A DNA stretch of 64,000 nt from Salpingoeca rosetta. Lineage: Eukaryota; Protista; Choanoflagellata. The translations under genes and the position numbers were made by a program. Shown in pieces: positions 50,122-63,563 of the stretch. Each line of letters opens with the position of its first letter. Position 1 is the stretch's first letter. The notes under the pieces are model-generated. The model saw nothing but the letters and a program-made list of their open reading frames with translations, was not told the origin of the DNA and made no database searches. The stretch lies in assembly GCA_033442325.1 (NCBI GenBank), contig JAWQFM010000001.1, positions 542,410 through 606,409 on the forward strand, read 5' to 3'.

Positions 50122-52145
50122 AATAGATAGATAGAAACCAAGTGCCTCGGTGCGAGGCTCATGTGTAGTGCTGCGACTGTCGCTTAGACAGTTGCAGGGG
50201 GCTCTGTTGCGGCCGGGCCACCGGGGCTTCGTGAGGTCACTGGGGCGCTGCGTGGCTGTCCCTCATCGTTGTCGGTGGTGGCGGTGGCAGCGGCGGTGGC
50301 AGCAGTGCCGTTGTTGCTGTCATTGCTGCGCTGGCCGCTGTGGCCGGGGGGTGTGGTCTGCGGACGCTTGCGCTTGCGGGTGCGCTTGCCCTGTTGGTGG
50401 TTGCGCTGGGCTTGAGCGCGCGCTCGTTGTACCGTCTGGGTGCTCTGGCGGGGAGTGTGTGTGTCTCCCGCCCGGACCGAGCCCGGCTGGTTTTTGCCCC
50501 GCTTGTCGTGAGGCATCTGGCCGATGCACCGGAGGTTCGCGTAGCACTCAGCCTTGCATCTCGCGATGGACAACACTTGCCGCCAGTACGTGCTGCTGTG
50601 CATGGAGGTAAAAGTGCGCACGTGTGGTGGTGTTTGTGGGTCCGTCGTGGACATAAGGTCGCTGCTGAAGAACTTCCGGAACTTCGAGCCCCAGGCGCCC
50701 GAGCCGGCCTCGATCGCAATCGGCACAAATTTGAAGTCGCCCTGGTCGCGTAGGATGGCCTGGTACTTCTTGATCTTGCGTTGTTCCGCCTGCGACGCCG
50801 CGTAGAGGTTGACTTTGGCGGCCTGTGGTTGGTATGAGCTGGCCGCGGGGGCGGCAAACACGAGGTCAAACACGGTGTAATCGCCAGACTTGTCGAAGCT
50901 GAGGATGTCACCGCGCTTGCCGCCTGCGCCTGGGAAGCCGGAGGGCTCTTGTGTCGCGCGGCGGTTGAGCTGCATGAAGGCCCGGGCGATGGCGTTCTGC
51001 ATGTAGTCGTGCCGGCCCGTCTTCGTGGAGTCGCAGACTTCGGCGTGGTCCAGCTTCATCTCGCGCCCGCAGCAGTAGCAGCTGCCTGATGCACGCGACT
51101 CGGAGCAAGGTGTCCGAATCCGCTGGCTAAGAGCAAACCGAAACACCTTGTCCGACATCCGCAGGTCCTTGCAGCTGGGCAAGGCTAGGAGCCACTCGTA
51201 GCCGCCGTGCAGGCTGGCTCCTCGTTGAATGGCTCGGTTGCGTGGGTTCTCGTCCCAGCCCGTCTTCCTGTCCATGATCTGGGTCAGGAACTGCTGCAAG
51301 CTGCGAGCGTCGTGGTTTAGAACGTCCCTCGTGTCACGGGGGCCGTCGTCGCCGAGGTGCAGATCCGCGATGGCTTGCGCTATCTCCGCCTCCAATTCGG
51401 CGCCCGGCGTGGTGTATGCTTGGAAAGGGTGGTGAGGGCTCTTGCTGAAGCTGCAGACGGAGCCGAGGAAGGCGGCGGGGGCGACGCTTGTCTGCCTCCG
51501 TAGCCCAAGGCCTCCTTGTTTGATGGGTCGTCGTGCCCGCGTCAGGGCCCGCGATGACAGGGGCTTGAAGGCGCCCATCATGCGCCGAAGCTGCTCCGCG
51601 ATAATGTCGTCGAGCGCTTCGCAGTACTCCTTCGACCGACGGGTCGTGCGCATGAAGTAGCCGGACTTGGTCGTGATGCAGTACCGAAGGAACTGGAAGA
51701 CCAGTTGCGCCGGCAAGTGGGCGCTCGCCAGGTCGAGAGCCCTCCGTGTCTCGTCGAGGTGGGATGCCTCGTATGGCCCGAAGAGGGGGACGCCCAGCAC
51801 TTTCGCGGTCTGGTCGCCGTAGGGGATGACGACCGTCTTGTCTTCATTGATCTTCAGCCCCGTCCGGCGGATCTCCGTGTCGAGCCGCTCCGCGGCCGCC
51901 TTGACGTCATCGCGCGGGCCAACGATGTAGGTGTCATCAAGGTACGCGACGACGGTGACCGTGGGGTGGGCCTTGTCGGTTTCCTTCAGCGCGTGGATCG
52001 TGGCAAGGGCAAAATACGCCGGTGAGAGCGGACCGCCCTGCGCGATGCCATCGCGCATGTGGAGGGTGTCGCCACCCGGCGTGACGACGACCGGTGCCTG
52101 GCCGTACGTCGCCAGGAAGCAATGTGCGAGGCTCGGGAAGCGCCA
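50122..52145 (-). mobile_element. 5'-truncated non-LTR retrotransposon with RT, CCHC zinc knuckle and restriction-like endonuclease (CRE/SLACS/Cnl1-like clade); ORF remnant open from ~52150 to 50184
   Basis: GIAQGGPLSP, VVAYLDD, GLKINEDKT, VLGVP, PIKQGGLGL, CYCC..HAEVC, RHD, KRGDI..FD, AEQRKIKKY, FVPIAIE..GAWG. Intronless and GC-rich. The sequence begins mid-RT. The 3' end lies near a short (CTAT)n. Confidence 0.88.
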
Positions 52146-52384
52146 TGTTACTCAGTGCACCCGCATTGTGTGACTTGGCGTTGTGTGCGGCATGTTGCGA
52201 TGCCATTGCACGTTCCCTTCTCTGTCCACTCATGGTGACATGGCTGCGTTTTTCAGTTGTGCTTCAATGCAACAGCGAGCGTTTTATGTTCCACGCACGC
52301 GAAAGAAAGAACCGATCTCCAACAAAGCACAAGTGAACATGCGTACAACACCAAAATTGGACATCAAAAAGCCACACAGCAAGA

Positions 52385-53197
52385 TCACAAAGTCAAGGGC
52401 AAGAGTGCCAATTGCATGTCATCGCAAGCGCTGGTGACGCTGAACACATCCAATTCGGCTTTTTCATCTTCACCACTTCCACCAATGTCCACCATCTCAC
52501 CAGCAGCACCCTCTGCTGACAGCTGCCCCTGTTGGTCAGAATCCGCAAGAGCGCTTGCCCCACCCGTGTTGAGCATGACGGATTCTCCGGGTGGTGGGAG
52601 CACAAAGTCATCCAGACTGCTGGCGACATCTGTTGCTGTACTGTGTGCTGTGACCATGGCCAGGACGCCCAGGGTGAGCAGCAGCGTCGCGCCCCGTGTC
52701 TCTGCAGTGGGATTGGGCCGGTGGCGGGCAAACACGGCCCTGTTGAGGACAAACGCAGCGCTGCGCAGCATGCGGATGTGGTGCAGGTCCGACCGCCCCT
52801 GCCACGCCAGGCACACGTCCAGGAGACCAGGGAACATGTCGAGGATGGTTGGATCCATCCAGTCAAGCGGCTCGTCCAGCGCTGGTGCAAGGACGTGGCT
52901 CACATACACACATGCGGCAAACGCGGAGAATGCGCGATACAGCGCCACCACCGCCTTGCCATCCAGGTTATCATCCTGTGCGCCTGGGCCAGTGTGGAAG
53001 TGCATATTTGTGTGCGTATGTATGCGTATGTGCGTATATTTGTGTCGTGCGAACGTGAGCGAGTGAGTGAGTGAGTGAGTGATAGTGTTAGGGTATGAGA
53101 GCGTTTGCATGGACTTGACTGTATGTAGAATGCTCGTGTGTTGAACAAAGAACATGATAATCGTGTGCGATTGAGTCACAATAGGAGCGGTGTACAA

Positions 53198-53259
<62 letters not shown>

Positions 53260-55526
53260 GGCGGGGTGTTGAGGAGGAGGAGTTTCAGGTGCGCCGCCAC
53301 AGCCGGTGTGTTGTCGACGATCACCTCCTGCAAAATGCGTGCAAGCTGCCCGTTGACGGCGGCGTCCTTCCAGTTTGTTGAGAACGAAGCCAGCCGTTCA
53401 AGGTTGCTGTTGTTGATGCCTGGGTGGCACAGCGCCAGGAGTGACTGCATGGCAAGCTGCACCATGTGTACTTGTTCGGCGTATGGGTTCAGATCCTCCG
53501 CGGCGAACAGCACAGTTGTCGTGGCTGCACCCTCCTACACGTGTGAGTGTAAGTAAGTGAGTGAGTGAGTGAGTGAGTGAGTGAGTGAGTGAGTGAGTGA
53601 GTGAGTGAGTGAGTGAGTGAGTGAGTGAGTGAGTGAGTGAGTGAGTGAGTGAGCGCGTCATGAGCGCGTGTGTGTGCTGGGTGAATGCGACTGCGACAGG
53701 CAGGCTGTAACATGAGGTGAAGGTGGCATGGTGGTGATGAACGCCCGTTCACAGCCACAGAGAAAACAAAAAGTAGTAGGGAAGAAAGCCACGACAATCT
53801 GCCTTCAGTCGTCAAGATTCTTACAGCTTTGGGCGTGGATGGAGTGAAAAGGATACTCCACAGGTAGTTGACAAACGAGCGTCCGCACGTTTCTGGATTG
53901 GCCAGGCAAATGCCCACCATGGCCTTGAAACAAGCGTGCAGGGCCGCGTGCTCATTTGCAGGTGTGGCCACCGTCATCCTCGTGGATGACAAAGTCGCTG
54001 CGCGTGATGCAAGGAGGAGTGGCGTTGCGGCGGCCGATGCCATCTCGCGATGCCGCTCATCTTCAGCAAGGAGGTGGAATGCGACTGCCTGCAGGGCCTG
54101 CGCTTGCTCCTGCGGATGCAACGACGCGAGAGCAAACCGAGCGTGATGCAGTGATCGCAACGCAGCCAGCTGTGCCGTTGCAGGCGCCGCTGCAGTTGAC
54201 ACCCCCAACACGGCCGCCAACCACGCGCCCACGTCCACGCTGCCCGGCGCGGTTGCCAGTGTCAGGCCAGACACAACCAGCCACGCTTCTTGCAGCGAAG
54301 CGTTTCGTGCACACTCGTCGCGAATGTGTGCCTGCGCAACTGTCACTGTGCACACCAAGTCAGCAAGTGCCTCTTCGTTTGCCTTTGCTTGCAGCAGCCG
54401 TTCCAGCAGCGGGGCGTACTCCAGAAGAAGCTGCTGCTTCTCGTGGTGCGAGAACGCGGGTGAGGAAACCACGCACGACAGGCCCCTGCACACCAGCGCC
54501 ATCCACACGCCATCATTGCCCGCATGTACATCCTGTTGTGTATCGCCGCCCACATCACCATCGGCGCCATCATCACCTGCGGCATTGCTGCTGTCCTCAC
54601 CCACTGTTTCCGCATGTGCTGCGCCGCTCGAAGCGTGCGTACGTCGCCGGCAAACGGAACGCAACAGCGCCAAATGGGCATCGTAGCTCTCCAAAGCCGG
54701 CAGGGCATGCGCCAGCGCCGCTGCGCTGTTGTTGTTGCTGCTGTTGTTGTCAGCATCGCCATTGTCTTGGCTGCTCGCGTGTGCAAGCAAGAGCGCCAGC
54801 CACGTGCCGGCAGTGAAGAGGGCCTTGTCTGCGCCGCACACGCTGCGCACACGCGACGTTAACACGAGCGTGGCTGTTGCCAAATTCTGCAGATGTCTCC
54901 TCACGGCGGCCTCAGCTTCCGCTGCTGGCGTGTCTGCTGCTGGCGGGGACGCTGTGGCACGCTCGCAGCACAGTTGCCACAGCACGCCGAGCACGTCAAG
55001 GTGTGTTGCCAACGCAAAGGGTGACGTCGCCTGCACAAACTGCTGCCAGTCAACTTGCTGTGTTTCGATGGCGGCAACAACGGCAACATGGTCGATGAGC
55101 TCACTCGTGCTGGCGAGTTCATCTCGCAACAGCTCCGCGAGCGAGAGCGCAAGGCCGTGACGACGGTTGTGGTTTCGGCTCGTACTTGGCGCATCGCAGT
55201 TGTGCGAGAAGGAAAACACGTCGCGCGCCCATTTCACGCTTGTTCGGTGCTTGTCCTCTGGGGGCAGCAGGCCTGCGAGGGCGCGGGCAGCAGAGCAGCG
55301 CACTGCGAGGATGGGCGAGGCTGTCAGCTTCATGAGCGCAGCCAACAGCGCCTGCAGCTGTTGTGCAGCCGTTGCGGTGAGCGCTTCGGAGACGGTGCGC
55401 AGTTTCGATAGCAGCGTCATCACGGCAAACAAGTGTGTTTGGATGTTGGCTGCGCTTTGTTCTGTACTCGTTGTCAGCTCCTGCAACAGCAACACCCAGA
55501 CGTCACCATACCTGGTGTGTGTGTGC

Positions 55527-55625
<99 letters not shown>

Positions 55626-58600
55626 AGGATGGAAAAGTCATGGGGAGAGTGTGGGTGGGTGAGAGCAGTGGGAATTTCACACGGAGACAGCAGCAGCTGG
55701 CACATGAGCAGCATGCAGTGTGATCCCACGCACCGTGCAATGAAATCCTGCGTCGTGATGCTGATGGCACGGTTCTCTGTCTCAAGCCGCACGCCGCCAA
55801 GCACGCGTGGCAGCAAGATGCCAAACAGCTGCAGCGATGCGTTGCGAATCGACCACACGGGAGACGAGAACCCACGAATGGCCAACACCATCGCAGGAGA
55901 CACGTACTGCTGTGTGTCCGAGTTTAGCAAGCTCTCCGCAAACAGGACCTTGAGCACATTGAAGCAGTGCACCTGTAATCGTGTTTATGTGTGTAGGGTT
56001 TGTGTGAGAGAGGGAGAAAGAGAGAGAGAGTGTGTGTGTGTGTGAGTGTGTGAGTGTGTGTCTTCAAAGGGCTACCGTATTATAGTTCAGACAAACTTGC
56101 AAGACATCGCCTCGCACGTCACACACACACGCACACACACACGCACACACACACATACCTGCCGCATGTCCTGTGTTTCTGCGGAAGAGGCGTGTGTATC
56201 AGATGATGGCTGCACGCCCGCGAGAGCAATCAACTTTTCCAAATGCGGATGGAGCATCCGCGACCCTTTTTTCCTGGCAAGCGCAAGCGAGTGCACAACG
56301 TGCGGCAACCCAGCACTCCGGCGCGTTACGGACAATGTCTCCAGCTCGCTGTCCGTCTCAAGCAAAGCAATCTCGGCTGCCAGCCACTGTTGTGGCAGAG
56401 GCCGCAGGTCGGCGCGTTTAGACTGCATCAGGTGCTGTGCAACCGTTGTCAGGGACAGCGCCGTTGACTCAATCACACCGCGGTGGCGGCAGCGTTTCAG
56501 CACGAGGCACATTTTCTCCTTGATGGCGGTGATGGCGGCTGCGTCCACTGCACTTCCGGCTGCCTTGGGTGGCGCGCGTGCAGCGATGACGGCGACAGAA
56601 GCCAGCGAGCGACAGGCTGTGCGGATGTTGAGCCACATGAACGACAGCATAAAGGGGAAGTCGCGTTGCACATCACCACCCTGGTCCCTCACAATCTGCG
56701 TCAGGGACGTGCCCATGTCCTGAAACGACGGCATCGCACGCGTGTCATCGCTGACACCTGTGGTTAGCAGAGACAAGCAGAACTCCGCCGCCTGCGTGCT
56801 CACATCAACCACACGACTCAACAGGCCCTCCCATTCTACAGTCATGTGTGGTGCCACGGCGTCGAGGACAAGGTGCAAGGCCTGCAGGGTGCCGTGCATG
56901 GGCTTGGTCTTGGCAGCCTGCAGCGTGTGCGTGCGAGCAAACTGCAACTGCTGCTCAGCTCTTGCCAACAAGAACTGCACAAATGCCTTTGGCGACGCAG
57001 GTGGCTCAGGTACGCCTTCATCGCTGCCAGCGTTCACGGCTGCCTCCTCTTCCGCTGGGCGCTGTTTTTGCTGCTGTAGTTGCGTGGTGTTGCTGAAGGC
57101 GACGAGCACAAAAGCGCGTGCGTACGCGGCCGCCGTCTCTGCAATCATGGCCTTGGCATTGTCGATCATCCCCATGAATCGGCTCCACAGGCGCTTGACA
57201 ACAGGCGCTGCTGCTCCTGCTGCTTCGGGTTGCTCAGAGGCGGACGCGAGGCCGTGAATCTGCACAAGGAGGTTGCACGTGGCGTTGCGCGTGTCGTCAA
57301 AGTTATCCTGAAGACCGTGAACGAGAGAAGGGAGGAGGTTCTCAAGCGCGGTCACAATGGGCGGCGGGCACACGCTCCAATCGATGCCACCGACCACATC
57401 CACAAGACACGTGAGAAGCTGCAGAGCAGAGCAGCGGCGCTGATAGCATGAGCCAGGAAACAGGTTTGCGTCGCACAGATCGATCATCCACAAGCACGTG
57501 CTGACAAGCTTGTCCTCACGCCGAACAATTGTCGCAAACGCTTCATCGAGCGCACGCATCACCGCTGGCTCAAGCCCACCCATGCCATCACCATCATCGT
57601 CACCGCTGCGACCCACGCGGCCATCACCATCCTCCTCATCATCGTCGTCGTCGTCATCCTTCGGGGTTGGCTGCGGAGTCTTGCTGCTTTCCAGCTGCTT
57701 CTGCACTTTTTCGTCGAGTTTGGTGCTTACGGTGTTGGCTGCCACCCACGAATCCCTGAGCCGCTGCAGCATGGCAGACACGTCCGCAAACAGGCGCTGG
57801 CGTAGTGCGCTCGTGGTATTGGCCAGGTTGTGTGGGAGAAACGCGCGGAAGAGAGACAGCTCCGCCTCCGCCGGCTCGCCAGATGTCTGCACATTCACAC
57901 AGACGAACCGCAGCGTGTCCAGCCGCACAGTGGGCATGCTGCACGTGAGCGCCTCGCGGATGTGCGACAGCGACAGGTGGAGAGCAGTTGCGCTGACGCT
58001 GCTGTTGGCTGCTGTCGTGTGCGATGGCGTGCCTTTCGGGGCAGCTCTTGTTTCAGTCGTGGGACAAGTCTTGTCGGCACTGGCCTCGTTGTCGTTGCGG
58101 CCTTTGTTGTCGCGCAAGGCCTCGAGGTCGTGTGAGGTGATGAAACCGGATTTCTTGGCATTGGAGAGCAGCAGTGCGTACCTGCGCAGGAGCTGCAAGC
58201 GCGCGGCGCCGTCGCCTGTTGCGCTGTCAAGTGCAGCGGAGACACCGGCAATGAGGATGTGCACGGCACGGGGCACGACCTTGGTTGTCTTGACCAGCCA
58301 CGTTGCACTGAGGGCATCGCTTGTGCCAGGCGCGTCACTCGCCAGCACGTCAAGCAAGAGATCCGACCAGGCAGCGTGCCATCGGGATGCAATGCGGTCT
58401 TCAAGTATGCTGTGGTCGACGCCCCCCTTGTCTTTCTTGCTCTTCTTTTTCTTCTTCTTTGTTTGCTTCGGCGTGTCACTCTTGCTGCCACCGCTCTCTG
58501 CACGGTCCACTTCGCGCTGGCGAAGGTCCTGTGCGCGCACATGTGCGTGTGTAGGAGTTTGTGTGTGTGAGAGAGAGAGTGTGTGTGTGTGTGTAGGAGT

Positions 58601-59178
58601 TTGTGTGTGTGTGTGAGTGAGAGAGAGAGTGTGTGTGAGTGTGTGTGAGTGTGTGAGTGTGTGTGTGTGTGAGTGTGTGTGTGTGTGAGTGTGTGTGCGA
58701 GAATTGCAAAGTGGGTGCAAGTAGTGAGGGTGCATCGGCATGTTCGGTTGTGGGTGTCGTGGCAATTGAGCCCAAAGACAGCTGATAGGCAGCGAGGCAG
58801 AGGGAGTGGGGTGCTTGCTTGGTAGTGCACCTTGAGGCAGGCGACGTAGACGGTGAGTGCGGGCTTGATGAGCGTGTTGATTCCGCAGCAGAGGAGCAGC
58901 TCGTGTTTCAGCCGCGGCGCAATCGCAAGCAGCTTGTCCCAGCCCATGTGCGGAACCACCATCGCCAGCAGCGCGTACCGGCCCTGGTAAAAGGTGGGAA
59001 TGGCAAAGCAGGGGGAAATCATGTGGGCAGGCAGAGGGGATGTCTGGCCTGCGCTGAAGGCATGTGCAGCACCTGCAGCCCAACACGCAGCGCATCAAGG
59101 AGCGCGCAGCCGAGCAAGCACACGTCATCCAGGGGCATTCTCACAAATGTACACACCCGTCCAGGAACATTCTTAAAT

Positions 59179-59264
<86 letters not shown>

Positions 59265-59613
59265 NNNNNNNNNNNNNNNNNNNNNNNNNNNNNNNNNNNN
59301 NNNNNNNNNNNNNNNNNNNNNNNNNNNNNNNNNNNNNNNNNNNNNNNNNNNNNNNNNNNNNNNNGCTTTCAAGGGGGGGCGCGCCGAAGCAATGACTCTT
59401 CTTTCAGGGGCATTTTTAAAAAAATTACCCGCCCTGCCACGAATCTTTTTTTTAATATGTGGAACTAAATACAACACACACACACACACACACACCCACA
59501 CAAAGCACACACACACACACAAAGCACACACACACACACACACACGCACAAAGCACACACAAAGCACTCACACACACACACACAAAGCACACACACACAC
59601 AAAGCACACACAA

Positions 59614-59657
<44 letters not shown>

Positions 59658-62580
59658 GCACTCACTTTGACGCGCCAATCAAAGGCGATGAGGCGTGTTG
59701 TAAAACTGCTGGCGAGGTTGAGCGGCGACACATCGTCTCGTGTGGAGGAAATGCGGTCCACATTCAGCAATTGCCGAAACACATGCGCAGCGCCATCGCG
59801 CACAGCCTGGAGATACCACGTTGGAGAGAAAGCAAGACGGGTAGGACAGGTGAAGGTGGTGTTGGTGAGTGGGTGGCAAAATGAGTGATAGGGTGAGTGA
59901 ACTAGAGAGAGCAGGTGGGAATGGAAGGTGGGCAGAATGTACAACACCGCAAACAAAAAAAAAACCAAAGGACGGGTGTGCATGCATGATGCGCGCATGC
60001 GAACACATTACACATGACACCGCACACGACAACCCAAAACATAACCACACAGCAGCCATGCAACGCATGAAGCGCAACTGACTTCGATGGGATCTTCCCA
60101 GTCACGGAACAGCGTCGCCTCGAGGAAGTGCACGAGCGAGGGCGCACCCGTGTGTGCACGGAGTGCCCCTGTCATGGAACGTGAACGACACATGGCAAGC
60201 AGAAATGCATTGATGACGGTTGGCACACAAACAGTATGAGTGGGATAGTTTGTGTCTGCGCGAGCGCACGTGTGCGTGTATTCGAGTGCGTGCCAGTACT
60301 CTTACACGTGCGTGCATGCATGTGCTTGACGTGTGTTTGGGCGGCAGGGCGGCTGAACGGACGGACTGCGCAGACGCACGTCTCGTTTCGTGTCATCATC
60401 GCACACACTCACACAGAGAGGTTCAAGTTCACCACCCACACCTTGGGAGAAGATAACGTGTGGAAACTGCTCTGCTGCTGTTGCCAGGGTTGTGGACCAT
60501 GCCCGAAACACGTTGTACACGGAGTGCCGCAGGCTCTCACTCACGTGCGAGTGTGACAGTGTCGACACAAACGGCAACAGAACATCAAGCAGCAACACAC
60601 CCTCACATGCTTGCCCTACCAGGAGCCATGAGGAGCGAAAGGGGAGGCAAGAAGAGCGAAAGGGTAAGTAAAGGTGAGCTGAACCCACAACAAGGCATAC
60701 ACACACACATACATACATACATACATACATACATACAAACATACATACATACATACATACATACACAGTACCTGTGATGGGGGAGAGGTCGATTGGGGCG
60801 CACAAGTCGGTGATGGAGAGGGTGGAGAGGAGGGCGTGAGTGACGGCAACAGAGACCTGGAGCTGTTGGTTGGACAGTTGCTTCATGGTGACGCTCCAAT
60901 CCACGTCTCCAGTAGAGGCAAAGGGGCCGATGATGTTTGCATGGATGGTCTTCAAGGCCTCGGCTGCAGTGGCCAGCCCGCTCGCGTGCACGCGCGCCGC
61001 TGGTGTTCTGTTGGTGGTTGTGCGCAAGTCAGCCGCTGAATGGCAAGGTACAAATGCACAGAGAGATGGACAGGGCCAGAGAGAGGGACAGAGACACAGA
61101 GAGAGGGACAGAAGCAGAGAGAGGGACAGAGACAGACACACAGACACACAGACAGACACACAGACACACAGACAGACACACAGACACACAGACACACAGA
61201 AACACACAGACACACACAGACACACACACACACAGACGCAAACACACAGACACACAGACACACAGACACACAGACACACAGACACACACACACACACACC
61301 CGAGTGCGAGGGCAGCCAGGGCGTTGGTGGCGCGGGCGGATGGTGATTCGTTTCGGGAGAAGAGGGCCACTGTGTATCCGAGCCCCATTGCCGACATCAG
61401 GGCAACCTCGCGTACGGTTGTGGAAACAACAATGTCTGCAAGGAGTGATGGGATGGCTTCAAACTCGTGCTTGTGCGCGCCTGTTTCTTCTTCATCAAGG
61501 AGCGCGAGCAGTGGTGCGTCCAACTGCTGCAGCGTCAGCACATACGCCTGAGCAACACGGGGTCCTTACATGTGAGCTTCGCATGCATCTTCAACAAAAC
61601 CAAGTCTCGGGAGCTATACTCCACGCACACACAGACACAGACACAGACACAGACACAGACACAGACACACACACACACACACACACACACAAAGCACACA
61701 CACAGACACACAGACACACAGACACACAGACACAGACACACAGACACACACAAAGCACACACACACACAGACACACAGACACACAGACACACACAAAGCA
61801 CACACACAGAGCCGAGGAGCAGCCGGAGGTGTGATGTTGCGTGTGCTTGTGCCATGACTACCTTGACACAGGTATGCGCGCTGGCCTCGTTGAGCTGATC
61901 CTGCGGCGTGTCTCGCACCACTCGAAGCGCCGCTGACAAGGCCTTGATCCAAGGGACAATGAGTTGCTCCAGGGCTGTTCGGACACAGCTGAGGGCCGCG
62001 ACGTCAGCAAGAGCCGCAATGTCTGCGACAACACTCACAGCATTGTCCTGCACACCATGATGAGCCGGGGTGAGCGCAAGCAATCATGAGCGGCAAGTGT
62101 GCATGCAACAGCAGCTCCAACCAGTTGGCTGTGCCAATCCAAGCATCAATCAGCATGGGACTCACATCAGTGCACGTCCGCAGGAGGTGTTCGAGGTGTT
62201 CTTCATACCCAACACGTGTTTGGTCAGGGTAGTGCTCATGCAAGCTGCTCATCGCCTGTGCACGTGTGGGTACGTGTGGGTATGTGTGGCTACGTGTGAG
62301 CACAACGTCAAGGAGTACGTGAAGACCAGAAGCATGACTGCAGATCCAGTTGCAGGCAGGCAGGCAGGCAGAGAGGCAGAGAGGAAGAGAGGTAGAGAGG
62401 CAGAGAGGAAGAGAGGAAGAGAGGTAGAGAGGCAGAGAGGCAGAGAGGAAGAGAGGTAGAGAGGTAGAGAGGAAGAGAGCGAGGCAGACACAGACACACA
62501 GACACGCAGACACGCAGACACACAGACACACAGACACACTCACAGGCACGCAGACACGCAGACACACACACACACACACA

Positions 62581-62617
<37 letters not shown>

Positions 62618-62949
62618 GCATGCAAAAGGACCTTGCTTAGGTGACGCCGTGACATGCCGGAAACGATCATGTGCAGGCCGACGAGCGCAGAGACAATGTG
62701 GGCAAACGCATTGTCGCTGGTGTTGGCCGCAGCCTGCAAGCGCTGCTGTCGCACATCGCCTTTGCCTCCCTTGATGACGTTGTGCAGGTCCACGTACCAG
62801 CTCTGTGCCACAGCTTCAATGTGCTTTCGGCTGGGCGTGTCCCCGCCCTCCAGCACAGCGGTTCGCAGCGTCTTGGTGATCAGCGGCCAGTGGCTGGTGC
62901 TGCTGCTCGATTCAAGAGCCCGCACATGTTCGTGCACACGTGCCAACAT
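52385..62949 (-). CDS. THADA: THADA/Trm732 (DUF2428 ARM/HEAT protein; tRNA position-32 2'-O-methylation partner of Trm7/FTSJ1), ~2267 aa, 14 exons: 62949-62632, 62255-62166, 62047-61862, 61547-61300, 61007-60772, 60615-60442, 60168-60083, 59806-59666, 58983-58831, 58528-56159, 55972-55734, 55511-53825, 53534-53258, 52983-52385
   Basis: DUF2428 motifs [48 protein letters not shown], plus [18 protein letters not shown] and [12 protein letters not shown]. The N-terminal exons are less certain. Confidence 0.88.
53557..53652. repeat. (GAGT)n microsatellite in a THADA intron
   Basis: Direct reading. Confidence 0.95.
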
Positions 62950-63001
62950 CTTCTTGGTTGTTGGCTTGCTTGCTTTTGCTTGGTTGGTTGGCTGGTTTTG
63001 T

Positions 63002-63092
<91 letters not shown>

Positions 63093-63563
63093 TGTTGCGA
63101 GAGACAGAGAGAGAGATGGAGAGAGATAGAGAGAGAGTGTGTGTGTGTGTCGTGTGTAGTGTGTGTGCAGGCGCGTGCGAGTTCCCCCTCTACTCACGCT
63201 CTGTTTCGCGCTGAGCTCACTGACCGCACACCACGATATTCCAATGATAGCACCACAAAGAGAACACAAACACAAGCAAACGCCATGAATGCACGGTCTC
63301 CCATCATGAGCAAGCAAGCAAACAAACAAGCAATAGCCCGCGATCATCATCATCATCATCATCACCACCACCACCACCACCAACCCACCCACCCTCCTTT
63401 CCCCACGCGTTTCTCTGCGAATTGCAACCAGCGAAAGTCCAAGCCAGCCACAATCATGCACGCACACCCACACGCACACACACACACACACAACACACAT
63501 TGCCTGGGAAAAGCTGCTCTCTCCCTCTGCCTCGCTCCCCTGCCTCCTCCCTCTCTCTTCTCA

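Noticed and set aside
59365-59470. Degenerate duplicate of ~59092-59180 across the gap
   Set aside because: The homopolymer-inflated copy is typical of a poor read end; likely a false gap or overlap rather than a real repeat.
7180-63500. Many HTHT/CVCV-rich ORFs in the ORF track
   Set aside because: Translations of intronic (CA)n/(TG)n microsatellites.
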